The notes below the pieces were generated by a model, which did no database searches, was not told the origin of the DNA, and saw only the letters and a program-made list of their open reading frames with translations. Below, in pieces: positions 18,278 to 29,080 of a stretch of DNA of 64,000 bases (its first letter is position 1; each line of letters begins with the position of its first letter). Both the position numbers and the translations under genes were made by a program. Source of the DNA: an uncultured bacterium (GTDB lineage Bacteria > JAGOEH01); assembly GCA_964632485.1 (NCBI GenBank), contig CAZWDO010000002.1, positions 1-64,000 of the forward strand. Direction: 5' to 3'.

Positions 18278-20562
18278 ATGTCCGTTGCTTTGAAGTTTAC
18301 AGATAATGCTATGGTGGTATTGGAGAAACGCTATCTCCGGAAAAATGGAAATGGGGAATTGATGGAAACCGCAGAAGAGCTTTTCCGTCGTGTGGCGGTA
18401 AATATTGCGGACATCGATAAGAAATATGATCCCCAAGCGGATAGCGCTGAACTGGCTGAACGTTTTTATCAATTGATGATTAATTGCGATTTTATGCCAA
18501 ATTCGCCGACGTTAATGAATGCAGGGAATGAATTGCAACAACTTTCCGCATGTTTTGTATTGCCTGTGGACGATTCCATTGATGCGATTTTCGAAGCGGT
18601 CAAATATACGGCATTAATTCATAAAAGTGGAGGGGGAACTGGTTTTTCTTTCTCTCGTTTACGGCCGAAAAATGATTCCGTGCGTTCAACAAAAGGGATC
18701 TCCTCCGGTCCTGTATCTTTTATGACAGTTTTCGATTCGGCAACGGAAGCGATCAAACAGGGGGGTACCCGGCGTGGCGCAAACATGGGAATTCTACGCA
18801 TCGATCATCCTGACATTATTGAATTTATCCGTTCAAAAGAAAAAAGTTACCGCCGTTTGACAAATTTTAACATTTCCGTGGCATTGACCGAAGAGTTTAT
18901 TCAGGCGGTTAAAAACGGGGATGACTTTGATATTGTGCATCCAACTTCCAAACAAGTCGTAGGACGAAAAAATGCTCGGGAAGTGTTTGATCTGATTGTC
19001 CATCATGCCTGGGAAACCGGCGATCCCGGGATCATTTTCATCGACCGCATTAACCGTGATAATCCTACACCCCATATTGGTGAAATTGAAAGTACCAATC
19101 CCTGCGGCGAACAACCCTTATTACCTTATGAGGCCTGTAATCTGGGATCGATTAATTTGGTGAATTTTATCGATGAGGATGGCCGGATCGACTGGAACCG
19201 ATTGGAAAAAACGATTCGTCTATCCGTTCATTTTCTGGATAATGTAATTGACGCCAGTGTGTTTCCTTTACCGCAAATAACGGAAATGGTTCAGGGTAAC
19301 CGTAAGATCGGATTGGGTGTGATGGGATTTGCCGATATGCTGATCCGTATGGGGATTGCTTATGATAGCGAAGAGGCTCTGTCGGTCGGCGCGGAGGTAA
19401 TGGCTTTTTTAGACCGTATTTCAAAGGATGAGTCGGTACGGTTGAGTGAAACACGGGGCTCTTTTCCCAATTTTAAGGGAAGCCTTTATGATCAAAAGGA
19501 TTGGCGAGGGATCCGCAATGCCACGACTACCACTATTGCGCCTACAGGGACGATTTCGATTATCGCCGGTTGTTCCAGTGGAATTGAACCGCTTTTTGCG
19601 GTTTGTTTCACGCGTCACGTGCTGGATGGGCAGCGCTTGNNNNNNNNNNAATAATATTTACTTCTCTAATTGTAAACTGACTTCCATTATTTGAATAAAT
19701 TGCCCGGGATGAAGGATTTTATTCGCAGCAATTGATGGAAAAAATTAATGAGCATGGCAGCGTTGTGAATCTGAAGGAAGTCCCTGAAAAATGGCAGCAG
19801 ATATTCAAAACAGCTCACGATATCGCGCCTGAATGGCACGTGCGCATGCAAGCGGCATTTCAACGACATACCGATAATGCCGTATCAAAAACCGTCAATT
19901 TCCCTCATCATGCGACGACTGAAGATATCCGTCGCGTGTACGAACTGGCCTATGACGAAGCATGTAAAGGCGTTACAGTTTTCAGGGATGGATGTTTGGA
20001 TTCTCAGGTCCTGCATGTGGGTACGGAACAGAATCAAAATGAAAAAAAATCGGAATCAGGTGTAATCAAACCGCGACGTCGCATTCCATTAATGAAAGGC
20101 GTAACCCGCCGTTTTAAAACCGGTTGCGGGAATATTTATATCACTCTCAATTTTGATGATAACGGGCTTTTTGAAATTTTTAATCAGATAGGAAAGGCGG
20201 GAGGTTGCGCCGCTTCTCAGGCAGAAGCGATCGGCCGTTTGGCTTCATTAGCGTTACGCAGCGGCATTGATCCCTCCTATATTATTGAACAGTTGAAAGG
20301 AATCAGTTGCCACCGCCCCAGTTGGGATAACGGTTCGAAAATAATGAGCTGCGCGGATGCGATTGGCCGCGCTCTTGAAGAATCAATGACGATTTTTCCT
20401 AAAGAAATGGATGAGCAACATTTAAAATTTGAAAGAGCTCGCAAGGCGACGACTAAACATGATATTATGTTGATCGGCGCTTGTCCTGACTGCGGCAGCC
20501 CCCTGGAGATCAGTGAAGGGTGCCTGAAATGCCACAACTGCGGCTATAGTGAATGCGGATAA
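18278..20562 (+). CDS. nrdJ: Class II (adenosylcobalamin-dependent) ribonucleotide reductase, split by N gap 19640-19649; C-terminal TSCPD/zinc-ribbon part at 19732-20562
   Basis: [57 protein letters not shown]...[10 protein letters not shown]. Confidence 0.9.
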
Positions 20563-20580
20563 TTTAAAAAAGGAGTTCCA

Positions 20581-21891
20581 ATGGCGAATGCTTTGATGGA
20601 TTTCACTCTGGAAGAATTTATCAACTGGCTCAAGCAAGAGGAGATTAAAAAAGCCTGGTGGGTCTATGATTTCAATTCCAATTCAATCATTTCCAGCCAT
20701 AAGCAGTTGGAAGAAATGGGGAACTATTTCCTGGCGAATTTTAAGGATTTTGAACAGCATGAAGGAATTTTTATTGAAATCGGCTCTCATTCCGGTTTGC
20801 TCCAGGGCGCTTTTATCCATAATACGAATCGGGGACAGGCCCAGGGTGGGACGAGACTTTGGTATTATGATAAAGTGTTTGATTTCTTTTTCGATGGAAT
20901 TCGTTTATCTCGCGGCATGTCTTATAAAAACTCCTTAGCCGGTCTCTGGTGGGGAGGCGGTAAAGGTGTGATTGGAACTCCGATGGACTGCAATGTTCAT
21001 GAACCGAATTTTCGGCGTCAAATTTTTGAAGATTATGGGCGCTTCATCAGCAGTCTCAAAGGGTGCTATATTACTGCCGAGGATGTCGGCACTGTTACCC
21101 AGGACATGGATTATATTTTCAGCCAAACCCGCTATATCACCTGTATTCCCCAGGAAAAGGGCGGTAGCGGCAATCCGTCGATTCTTACTGCATTGGGAGT
21201 GTTGCGTGGAATGGAAGGCGCTTTATCCGCTCTGGGACTCGGTACGATCGAGGGAAAAACGGTGGTCGTCCAGGGCGCGGGTAATGTAGCCAGCTACCTT
21301 ATCGATGAACTGCAACGTAAAAAAGTCGGACGCATTATCACCTGCGATATTTTTGATAAAACCTTGGAAAAAGCTAAGGACCGCTTTAATCGGTTCAATA
21401 ATATCGATTATCGCAAGGTTGATAAAGATGATCTTTCGATATTGGCGGAACGGTGTGATATTCTGGCGCCCTGCGCGACAGGCGGCGTGTTGAACGATCA
21501 GACTATTCCCGGCATTAAGGCCAAAATCATCTGTGGCGCCGCCAATAATCAGCTTCAGGACGAAATCCGGCATAGCCACATGTTAAAAGAAAGACAAATT
21601 GTCTATGTTCCTGATTTTTTAACCAATCGCATGGGAATTGTTAATTGCGCGAATGAGCAATATGGCTATATGGCCGATGATCCCGTTTATACTCGTCATT
21701 TGGATTATCAATGGGAAAATTCGGTTTATATTCTGACTAAAAAAGTGGTGCATGAATCGCACACTCATCAGGCTACCACTTTGGATATCGCTTTGAGACT
21801 GGCCCGCGAAAAAGCGCAGGAATTACATCCGATCTGGCCCGATCGCTCCCGTCAAATTATTCGCTCGTTGATGGATCACCACTGGGCTTGA
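20581..21891 (+). CDS. Glu/Leu/Phe/Val dehydrogenase family protein
   Basis: GGTR, GGGKGVI, TAEDVG, VQGAGNVA Rossmann motif, APCATGG, GAANNQL. Confidence 0.9.
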   Translation: MANALMDFTLEEFINWLKQEEIKKAWWVYDFNSNSIISSHKQLEEMGNYFLANFKDFEQHEGIFIEIGSHSGLLQGAFIHNTNRGQAQGGTRLWYYDKVFDFFFDGIRLSRGMSYKNSLAGLWWGGGKGVIGTPMDCNVHEPNFRRQIFEDYGRFISSLKGCYITAEDVGTVTQDMDYIFSQTRYITCIPQEKGGSGNPSILTALGVLRGMEGALSALGLGTIEGKTVVVQGAGNVASYLIDELQRKKVGRIITCDIFDKTLEKAKDRFNRFNNIDYRKVDKDDLSILAERCDILAPCATGGVLNDQTIPGIKAKIICGAANNQLQDEIRHSHMLKERQIVYVPDFLTNRMGIVNCANEQYGYMADDPVYTRHLDYQWENSVYILTKKVVHESHTHQATTLDIALRLAREKAQELHPIWPDRSRQIIRSLMDHHWA

Positions 21892-21898
21892 TCATGGT

Positions 21899-22862
21899 AT
21901 GAAAAATCACATTCTGATGAATGAATGGGAGAATTGTCCCCTTCATCCTTTTTTCTCCTATTGGCGCGAAGAGGCCGAACAGGCTATAGTCCCGCCATTG
22001 TATACTCCGATAATTTTTATGCGGTTGAATGGACACGTTCATATAGTAGATGGAGTAAAACGCGCCGTTTGGGCCTATTATCATCAAATTGACCTTCCCG
22101 CAATGGAAATTAAAACATCTCAGGATTGGGGGAAAGAATGGGCGCGGCTCCGGCTTCACCTCAATCACAGAGGCATTTTTTTTACCCCTTTAGAAAAAAT
22201 TCTTTTTCTTTGGCAAATGCGTAATTCAACTGATTTGGCTTTTTTTTTCAAACTATTCCAGATACCCTTTAAAAAACAAATTTTGATCTGGTTGGAAAAT
22301 ATTCCCATCGAGTCCGAACTTTTCCTCGAATCTTTGGAAAAAAAACAGCTAAGACTGGAAAATCTGGAATCCTGGTTGCTTTTTGGACAGAATGACCGAG
22401 ATGCGCTCGTTAGTTACCTTCGTGATTATCAACTCAATCAGAACCAGGAACGAAAAGTGATCGAATCTTTTTGGATGCTGCAACAAAATTGGTCTCNNNN
22501 NNNNNNCTCTGATATTGGACGAGATCTTAGCTGATTTTGCAATTCCCGACGATCTGAACGGACCACAACGCAATCATTGGCTGCTTGAACAGCTTGATGC
22601 CAGGTTGAATCCCCGATTACGGTCAGTTCGTTTGAAACAGGCAGAAATAATCCAAAAAATACGCGTTTCGACGGGTATTGTCGTCCAACCACTTGATTCC
22701 GGTGAAGAAAACGAATTTCGTTGGCAATTGACGGCTACCTCGCAAAAACAGTTTTTAAAACAACTGAATCTTTTGTTTGATATTGCGGAAAATCCCTTAT
22801 GCGATCAATTATTTCGAATCTATGACGCGGCGACGGATGAGCGGTACCCATTCAGCCAGTAA
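21899..22862 (+). CDS. ParB/Srx N-terminal-domain-like protein, split by N gap 22497-22506
   Basis: PIIF...HIVDGVKRA resembles the ParB-N IDGxxR motif; two same-strand ORFs abut the gap. Confidence 0.5.
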
Positions 22863-24092
22863 ATAATGGCTGCCGATTATAAATAAAGAATTTTTACTAA
22901 ACTGATTTAAAACCGATGGATCAATGGAATCGATTATTTGCCATTGGGTTGAATTTTTTTCAGCTTGAAGCAGTAGTTCACGGAGGGTTAACCCTTCCTG
23001 GGTCTTCATCGGGTAAAGCCAGACCGGGAAGTCATACTGTTCGAGTTGTTCGAACATCCTGGTAAAATTTTTACGTTTGAGAGTGGAAAAAATGATGGCT
23101 GGCGGGTAGGGGAGCGTTTTCCGGTTTTGGGCGATGAAATTGAGTGTTTTACTTAATCCGTCCTCATTATGTGAAACATCTGCTATAACGAGGGGGTCCG
23201 TTGATATTGTTTCCAAACGGCCTGGCCATTGCGTTTCTTTCAGCGATTTCCGTACGGTATTTTCATCCAGTGATTGTACATCTTCCAATGAGAGTGATGC
23301 GGCAATGACGGCTGTAACAGCATTTTCGATCTGCCACGACCCGCGAAGCGTAATCTCCAGTTGTATCAAATTACAATTTGCCCAGTTGAGATTAAAAGTT
23401 GAACCCTCCCATCCTGACTTTGATTCGGCAATGCTCGTTTCTTCGGCAATGGCATGAAACGATGCCTCTTGTTGGCGCGTCTTATTGAATACAATCGAGC
23501 GGACTTCGCTGGAAAATGGCTGGGGCGCAACAACTACCGAGCAATATGGCTTGATGACGGCGCTTTTTTCGTGGATAATCTGGTAAATGGTTTCTCCGAG
23601 AATCTCCTGATGGTCAAGGGAAATGGAAGTCATTACCACACATTTTGGTTTCAACAGATTAGTCGCATCCAGCCGTCCGCCCAGTCCGGCTTCAATAACC
23701 GCCCATGAACATTTTCGATCTGCGAAATAATTAAATGCCAGTGCCGTCATGATCTCAAAGTAACTCAACTGATAATGACAAATGCGGGCATAATGGGCAT
23801 CCAACCAGCTTTTGATATACTCCTCGGATATCAACTCGTCATCGATTCGTATCCGTTCACGGGGATGATACAAGTGCGGTGATGTATAAAGTCCGCAACG
23901 ATTGCCGCTATTATGGATCAGTCTTTGGATAAAGGAGCTGGTACTGCCTTTGCCGTTGGTTCCCACAACATGAATAGTCTGATATTGATGCTGGGGATTT
24001 CCAATTTCATCTGCAAAACGAGCAATTCGGGCAAGGTCGTATTTGACTCCCTGGTGTCGTTGGTATAAGAGTTCCCAATCAATGAGTGACAT
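22809..24092 (-). CDS. folC: Bifunctional folylpolyglutamate synthase/dihydrofolate synthase
   Basis: HVVGTNGKGS, YTSPHL, EAGLGGRLDATN, WPGRLE, DVSHN. Confidence 0.95.
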   Translation of the reverse strand: MSLIDWELLYQRHQGVKYDLARIARFADEIGNPQHQYQTIHVVGTNGKGSTSSFIQRLIHNSGNRCGLYTSPHLYHPRERIRIDDELISEEYIKSWLDAHYARICHYQLSYFEIMTALAFNYFADRKCSWAVIEAGLGGRLDATNLLKPKCVVMTSISLDHQEILGETIYQIIHEKSAVIKPYCSVVVAPQPFSSEVRSIVFNKTRQQEASFHAIAEETSIAESKSGWEGSTFNLNWANCNLIQLEITLRGSWQIENAVTAVIAASLSLEDVQSLDENTVRKSLKETQWPGRLETISTDPLVIADVSHNEDGLSKTLNFIAQNRKTLPYPPAIIFSTLKRKNFTRMFEQLEQYDFPVWLYPMKTQEGLTLRELLLQAEKNSTQWQIIDSIDPSVLNQFSKNSLFIIGSHYLLAEWVPLIRRRVIDSK

Positions 24093-24095
24093 ACT

Positions 24096-25328
24096 TTATT
24101 CCCTGGATGGTTGGTTTTGCTGGAATTCCATACTTACAATCGTTCCCTCTTGGAGTGTTGATTCTTTGACATATACTTTTCCGGTATGAAATTCTTCGAT
24201 AATTCGTTTTACTAAGGTCAAACCTAATCCCCAACCAATTTTTTTTGATGAGTAACCGGGATTGAAAATTTTTTTCATATCATTGGGCGGTATTCCTTTA
24301 CCGTTATCCTTGATGCAAATCAGAATCCGTTTATGGCCGATTAACTCGCTCCATACTTCAATGACGCCCTGATCTTTGTTAATGGCTTCTATCGCGTTTT
24401 TAATAATATTTTCAATGGCCCAATCCAATAGAACTTCATTTCCCATGATCATCAGCGGGGTGGCCGGATAGTGATCAATAATTGAAATGGATCGGCTTAA
24501 CTGGGGTAACCGGTCTTTGAAATAGAGGCAGTTCTTGGCTAATAGAGCATTAATATTGATAGCAGTCAGTTCAGCTTTCGAGCCAATTTTTCCAAATCTG
24601 TCGGAAATTTGCGCCAACCGTTCAATATCGAGCGACATTTGCTCCACAATGTTTAGGACATTACAGTTTGGCGAGTGTCGGGCCGCAAGTAATTCATTCC
24701 AGCCCATCAATGAGGAAACGGGTGTTCCAAGCTGGTGGGCTGTTTCTTTGGCAAGACCTACCCAAATAAAACTTTGTTCATATTGATTCATCATTTTAAA
24801 TAACCAAATTCCAAAAATAAAAAAGGAAGCCATTATAATGATCAATTCAACTGAATACCATTTCAGATTATCGATAATTGATGATTCTCCATAGTGCAGA
24901 TATTGGATCAGTTTGAAACTGTCGATGGAAATTTCGATTTGTTGCGGGATGTTTTCCACATCCATGGCTTCCATTCTTTTTTTAAGATAGGGAATAATAT
25001 TCGTTGAATCCTTTGGAAGTTTAATGTTGCGGTAAAACACGGGATTGAATTCTGCATCGGAAACAATGACTGGAAACGTGATCCCTTCTTTAACATTTTC
25101 GAAAAAAACATTGAGAATCTCATCATTAATCCGCGGCGCAAGAACTGAAATTTGTGAGAAAATACGGATATAGCGTTTATCATTTTCTTTAATGTTGCGA
25201 ATTAATTTTTGAGTAAACCAGAGAAAGAACACGCTGATCAGGAATAAACCAAGGAACACATAGAGTTTATAGATATATCCGAAGTTATGATAAAGAAAAA
25301 ATCGTTTGGAGGAAGAATCTGGAGCCAT
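24096..25328 (-). CDS. Membrane sensor histidine kinase with no adjacent response regulator
   Basis: Two TMs; AKETAHQLGTP H-box, ENIIKNA N-box, DNGKG, GWGLGL. Confidence 0.9.
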   Translation of the reverse strand: MAPDSSSKRFFLYHNFGYIYKLYVFLGLFLISVFFLWFTQKLIRNIKENDKRYIRIFSQISVLAPRINDEILNVFFENVKEGITFPVIVSDAEFNPVFYRNIKLPKDSTNIIPYLKKRMEAMDVENIPQQIEISIDSFKLIQYLHYGESSIIDNLKWYSVELIIIMASFFIFGIWLFKMMNQYEQSFIWVGLAKETAHQLGTPVSSLMGWNELLAARHSPNCNVLNIVEQMSLDIERLAQISDRFGKIGSKAELTAININALLAKNCLYFKDRLPQLSRSISIIDHYPATPLMIMGNEVLLDWAIENIIKNAIEAINKDQGVIEVWSELIGHKRILICIKDNGKGIPPNDMKKIFNPGYSSKKIGWGLGLTLVKRIIEEFHTGKVYVKESTLQEGTIVSMEFQQNQPSRE

Positions 25329-25331
25329 AGT

Positions 25332-26585
25332 TTAAAATAAAAATGGTTTTAATGCTTCAGGAATCATGAAACTGCCATCTTCGTTTTGGTAGTTTTCTAA
25401 AATTGCAGCCATCGTGCGACCCACTGCCAGACCGGAACCGTTTAGAGTATGGATATGCTCGGTATCACGGGATGCATTCCGGCGATAGCGAATTTTCCCT
25501 CGCCGGGCTTGAAAATCCTCAAAATTGCTGCAAGAAGAAATTTCGCGGTATTTGTTTTGTGATGGAAACCAGACTTCGATATCATAACATTTTGCGGCGG
25601 AAAAACTAAGATCCGACGTGCAAAGTAGCATTACACGGTAAGGCAATCCCAATAGTTGCAAGATACGTTCGGCATCATTCACCAATTTTTCCAGTTCATC
25701 ATACGAGTGTTCGGGTTTGACAAGTTTTACTAATTCGACTTTATCGAACTGGTGGACGCGGATCAGTCCTTTGGTATCTTTACCGTAGGAGCCGGCTTCA
25801 CGGCGAAAACAGGGGGTATAAGCTACATACTTGACCGGTAATTGTTCTTCTTTCAGGATTTCATCCCGGTGGATGTTTGTAAGGGGCACTTCCGCTGTGG
25901 GTATCAAATAAAACGGATCCCGTCCCGTATTAAACATTTCATCTTCTAATTTAGGTAGTTGCCCGGTACTGAACATGGTTTCGTAATTGACTAAATAGGG
26001 GGGAGCAATTTCTGTATAATGATGTTCATTGGTATGCACGCTCAGCATAAAATCAATCAGCGCCCTTTCAAGCTGAGCGCCAAGACCTTTCAGCAAAGAA
26101 AAGCGCGCTCCCGATATTTTCCCCGCTCGCTGGAAATCCATAATGTCGTTCATTTCGCCAATCACATTATGCTCGCGCGGTTCAAATGAAAAAATACGGG
26201 GTTGTCCCCATGCGCGTATTTCCTGATTGTCGTTTTCGCTTGTGCCGGGGGGAACTGTGTGATGCGGTAAGTTGGGAAACCAGTGAAGAAGTTTTTCGCT
26301 ATCTTCGTGCGCCTGATTGTAATCATCTTCTTTTTTCTTAATCTGCTGGTTGATTTCTCTGACTTTTTCTATTATTTCTGCTGCGTCTTTTTTTTCTTTC
26401 TTTAAACGGGAAACATCATCACTTAATCTGTTTCGTTCACTACGTAGTTCATCGATATTTTTTTTCAGCTCGCGTTCCTCTTCATCCAAAACGAGGAACC
26501 GATTCAGATCGGCCTTTTCCTTTTTTACCTGAATTGCATTTCGGACCAGTTCCGGATTCTCACGAATGAATTTCCGATCTAACAT
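25332..26585 (-). CDS. serS: Serine-tRNA ligase
   Basis: [39 protein letters not shown]. Confidence 0.98.
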   Translation of the reverse strand: MLDRKFIRENPELVRNAIQVKKEKADLNRFLVLDEEERELKKNIDELRSERNRLSDDVSRLKKEKKDAAEIIEKVREINQQIKKKEDDYNQAHEDSEKLLHWFPNLPHHTVPPGTSENDNQEIRAWGQPRIFSFEPREHNVIGEMNDIMDFQRAGKISGARFSLLKGLGAQLERALIDFMLSVHTNEHHYTEIAPPYLVNYETMFSTGQLPKLEDEMFNTGRDPFYLIPTAEVPLTNIHRDEILKEEQLPVKYVAYTPCFRREAGSYGKDTKGLIRVHQFDKVELVKLVKPEHSYDELEKLVNDAERILQLLGLPYRVMLLCTSDLSFSAAKCYDIEVWFPSQNKYREISSCSNFEDFQARRGKIRYRRNASRDTEHIHTLNGSGLAVGRTMAAILENYQNEDGSFMIPEALKPFLF

Positions 26586-26631
26586 ACTATATCCTTTCTC
26601 GGTTTGTCATTTTTTCACATCCCAATGCTAT

Positions 26632-26721
26632 ATTTTATAGAACTTACGTCTAAAAGTCAATAAGAAAATCTTTAAAATTTAAAAAAAAAGTATTGACTTC
26701 TGTAATTGTTTTCATTATATT
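26632..26721. promoter_or_regulatory. Divergent sigma70-type promoters for serS and tRNA-Glu
   Basis: Minus TTGACT(26660-26655)-17-TAAAAT; plus TTGACT(26693-26698)-17-TATATT(26716-26721). Confidence 0.7.
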
Positions 26722-26741
26722 ATGGGCGTAAATATGATGAT

Positions 26742-26815
26742 GACCCTATCGTCTAGTCGGCCTAGGACACAGGCCTTTCACGCCTGCGACACGGGTTCAA
26801 ATCCCGTTGGGGTCG
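26742..26815 (+). tRNA. tRNA-Glu(TTC)
   Basis: Cloverleaf GACCCTA.../TGGGGTC, anticodon loop CTTTCAC, GGTTCAAATCC T-arm; CCA not encoded. Confidence 0.95.
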
Positions 26816-26820
26816 TAACC

Positions 26821-26856
26821 GCCATAAAAACTCCCGTTTTTATGGCATTTTTTTTT
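26821..26856 (+). terminator. Intrinsic terminator after tRNA-Glu
   Basis: GCCATAAAAA-CTCCCG-TTTTTATGGC 10-bp stem followed by a T9 run. Confidence 0.8.
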
Positions 26857-26868
26857 AGGAATTCATCA

Positions 26869-27264
26869 ATGTTATTTTTTTGGAAAAAAAAGAAAAAAAA
26901 ATCCGAAGCATCATCGAATTCAGTTATTATGGCTCAAATCAGAAAACTGGATGAAAAGACACGATATTTAAAAATGCTTCAATATGGCAAATTAAAAGAA
27001 AAAAATGATCCTGCGTTGCTGAATAAATTTTTTTCTATGATTGAGCAGCAGTATTATGAAAAAATGCTTAAAAATCATCTTATGAAACGCGAGTATCAAT
27101 CCCTGAAGGAGATCAACCAACTGATTGATCGTTCCCAGGGCGCTGTTCAGAAGCGGCAGGATTTAAATGATAATATTAAGATCATGTCCGTTTATGCAAA
27201 AAAGAAACCTAAAGCCATTGCTGAACTTTTACATGCGATCATGATATATCCGGGAAAAAAATGA
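26869..27264 (+). CDS. Hypothetical basic protein
   Basis: Start reassigned to MLFFWKKKKK at 26869 because the longer ORF overlaps the tRNA; overlaps the nth start (ATGA). Confidence 0.6.
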   Translation: MLFFWKKKKKKSEASSNSVIMAQIRKLDEKTRYLKMLQYGKLKEKNDPALLNKFFSMIEQQYYEKMLKNHLMKREYQSLKEINQLIDRSQGAVQKRQDLNDNIKIMSVYAKKKPKAIAELLHAIMIYPGKK

Positions 27265-27902
27265 ATCAATCTTCTTTGATGGCAAGAATTAACGATGCGG
27301 TTACGATATTGAAACAGCTTTATCCCCGGGCTCATTGCGCTTTGAATTATGAAACGCCTTTCCAACTATTGGTGGCAACGATTTTATCGGCGCAATGCAC
27401 GGATACGAGAGTGAATGAAGTTACCCGGGAACTGTTCAAATATTTTTCGGATCCAAAAGATATTTTGAAGCTCAGTGTTGGCGAGTTGGAGGAACTCATC
27501 AAACCTGCCGGTTTCTTTCGGCAGAAAGCAAAATATATCCTGGGAGCGGCAGCCGTGTTGACGAAGGATCATGAGGGATTGATTCCCCCATCGTTGGAGG
27601 TTATGGTGCGTTTACCGGGAGTTGGCCGTAAAACAGCCAATGTCGTTTTGAGTGAACTATACCAGATACCCGGAATTACAGTGGATACGCACGTCAAACG
27701 CGTGTCGCGGCGTTTGGGTTGGACTGAAGAGGATGATCCGGTAAAAATTGAATTTGCTTTACAGAGGGCAATCCCCCTTCAGGATTGGTCCTTTATTTCA
27801 CACGCTCTTATCTGGCATGGACGGCAAATTTGTAAAGCGCGTAAACCATTGTGCGCAGAATGCCCACTGTCAATGGTTTGCAATTTCATCATTCCTTTGT
27901 AA
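27261..27902 (+). CDS. nth: Endonuclease III
   Basis: LVATILSAQCTD, LPGVGRKTANV HhH motif, VDTHV, Cx6CxxCx5C Fe-S motif. Confidence 0.97.
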   Translation: MNQSSLMARINDAVTILKQLYPRAHCALNYETPFQLLVATILSAQCTDTRVNEVTRELFKYFSDPKDILKLSVGELEELIKPAGFFRQKAKYILGAAAVLTKDHEGLIPPSLEVMVRLPGVGRKTANVVLSELYQIPGITVDTHVKRVSRRLGWTEEDDPVKIEFALQRAIPLQDWSFISHALIWHGRQICKARKPLCAECPLSMVCNFIIPL

Positions 27903-27970
27903 TTCTATAATTTTGCGTGCAATAAAATTTTAGAAATCTTTTTTCATTCACCTTAACCCATTTATTTTTT

Positions 27971-29080
27971 TTAAGAATTCCGATCGATAATCTGTTGATA
28001 AATGGTGAGTTGGTCCCTGGCAATTGTATCCCAACTGAAACGTCGGGACCATTCTCGCGCATTTTGTCCCATCCGCCGCCGTCTCTCTCCATCCTGGAGT
28101 AATACGCTAATATTCTCAGCTAATGCGGAGATGTTTTCGGATTCTGACAATAATCCGGTTTTTCCAGGCACTACGGCTTCTTTTAATCCATCGATATCAG
28201 CGCCAACAACCGGTTTACCGCATGCCTGGGCTTCTACGGCGGCGATTCCCCATCCCTCAAATCGGGATGGCATGACCAACATCAAGCATTGGCTGAGCAG
28301 GTTTTGTTTTTCTGCCTCAGTTATTGTTCCCATGAAGGATATCTTGTTTTTACACTTCGATTGCGCTATTAGGTTTTTTACTTTTTCTTGCTCACGTCCG
28401 CGCCCTGCCAGGATCAAGCGTATTTGGGGAAAATTTTCCTGGATATTTTCAAATGCCTTTAGTAATAGATCAATCCCTTTATTGTAAATATCCATTCTAC
28501 CAAAAAAAAGCAGGTAATCGCTTTCGCCCGGGTTAATCTTTAATAGCGTTTGGTCAAATCCATACGGAATATGGTGAATCACCGGTTTTGATTTTAGCAG
28601 ATTGATAACGGCATTGGCAGTGCCACTGGAACCTACAATAATATCGTTAAAATGGCTTAGATTATATTTTTCCCATATATATGGAATTACGCCGAAGATA
28701 AAAAGTTTTTTTATGGAATGGAATCCCATAATATGGTGGACAATTGCCACTTTGGGGCGGCTGGTATATCGGAATGAAAATGGGTAGGTATAAGCCGATG
28801 TATCTTCCACTAAAATATCATAGGATTCATTTTGAATTAATTCACGTACCTGGTGGGAAAAGGATAGCCGGCTTTGCCAGTAAGAACGGGCATTTCCCCG
28901 GTGAAACCAGCGAATCCCCTGGATATCTGTCTCCGCTAACGCCCCGGGATAGTTCCCTGTCGCCATTGTCACCCGATGTTCAGATGCCAGGCGTTTGTTG
29001 ATTTCGAACGCATGCAATGCCCCGCCGCCGCCTAACCAGGGATTTTGAATGTCATCGTAATCGATATGAAGTATTTTCAT
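27971..29080 (-). CDS. Glycosyltransferase family 4
   Basis: FGRMDIYNKG, PSRFEGWGIAAVEAQACG (Ex7E). Confidence 0.92.
   Translation of the reverse strand: MKILHIDYDDIQNPWLGGGGALHAFEINKRLASEHRVTMATGNYPGALAETDIQGIRWFHRGNARSYWQSRLSFSHQVRELIQNESYDILVEDTSAYTYPFSFRYTSRPKVAIVHHIMGFHSIKKLFIFGVIPYIWEKYNLSHFNDIIVGSSGTANAVINLLKSKPVIHHIPYGFDQTLLKINPGESDYLLFFGRMDIYNKGIDLLLKAFENIQENFPQIRLILAGRGREQEKVKNLIAQSKCKNKISFMGTITEAEKQNLLSQCLMLVMPSRFEGWGIAAVEAQACGKPVVGADIDGLKEAVVPGKTGLLSESENISALAENISVLLQDGERRRRMGQNAREWSRRFSWDTIARDQLTIYQQIIDRNS

Noticed and set aside
19696..19698. Stop-codon reassignment
   Set aside because: TAA, TGA and TAG all end genes normally elsewhere; this case is adjacent to a gap
26722..26868. 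First 49 codons of the 180-aa ORF
   Set aside because: They are the tRNA-Glu gene and its terminator
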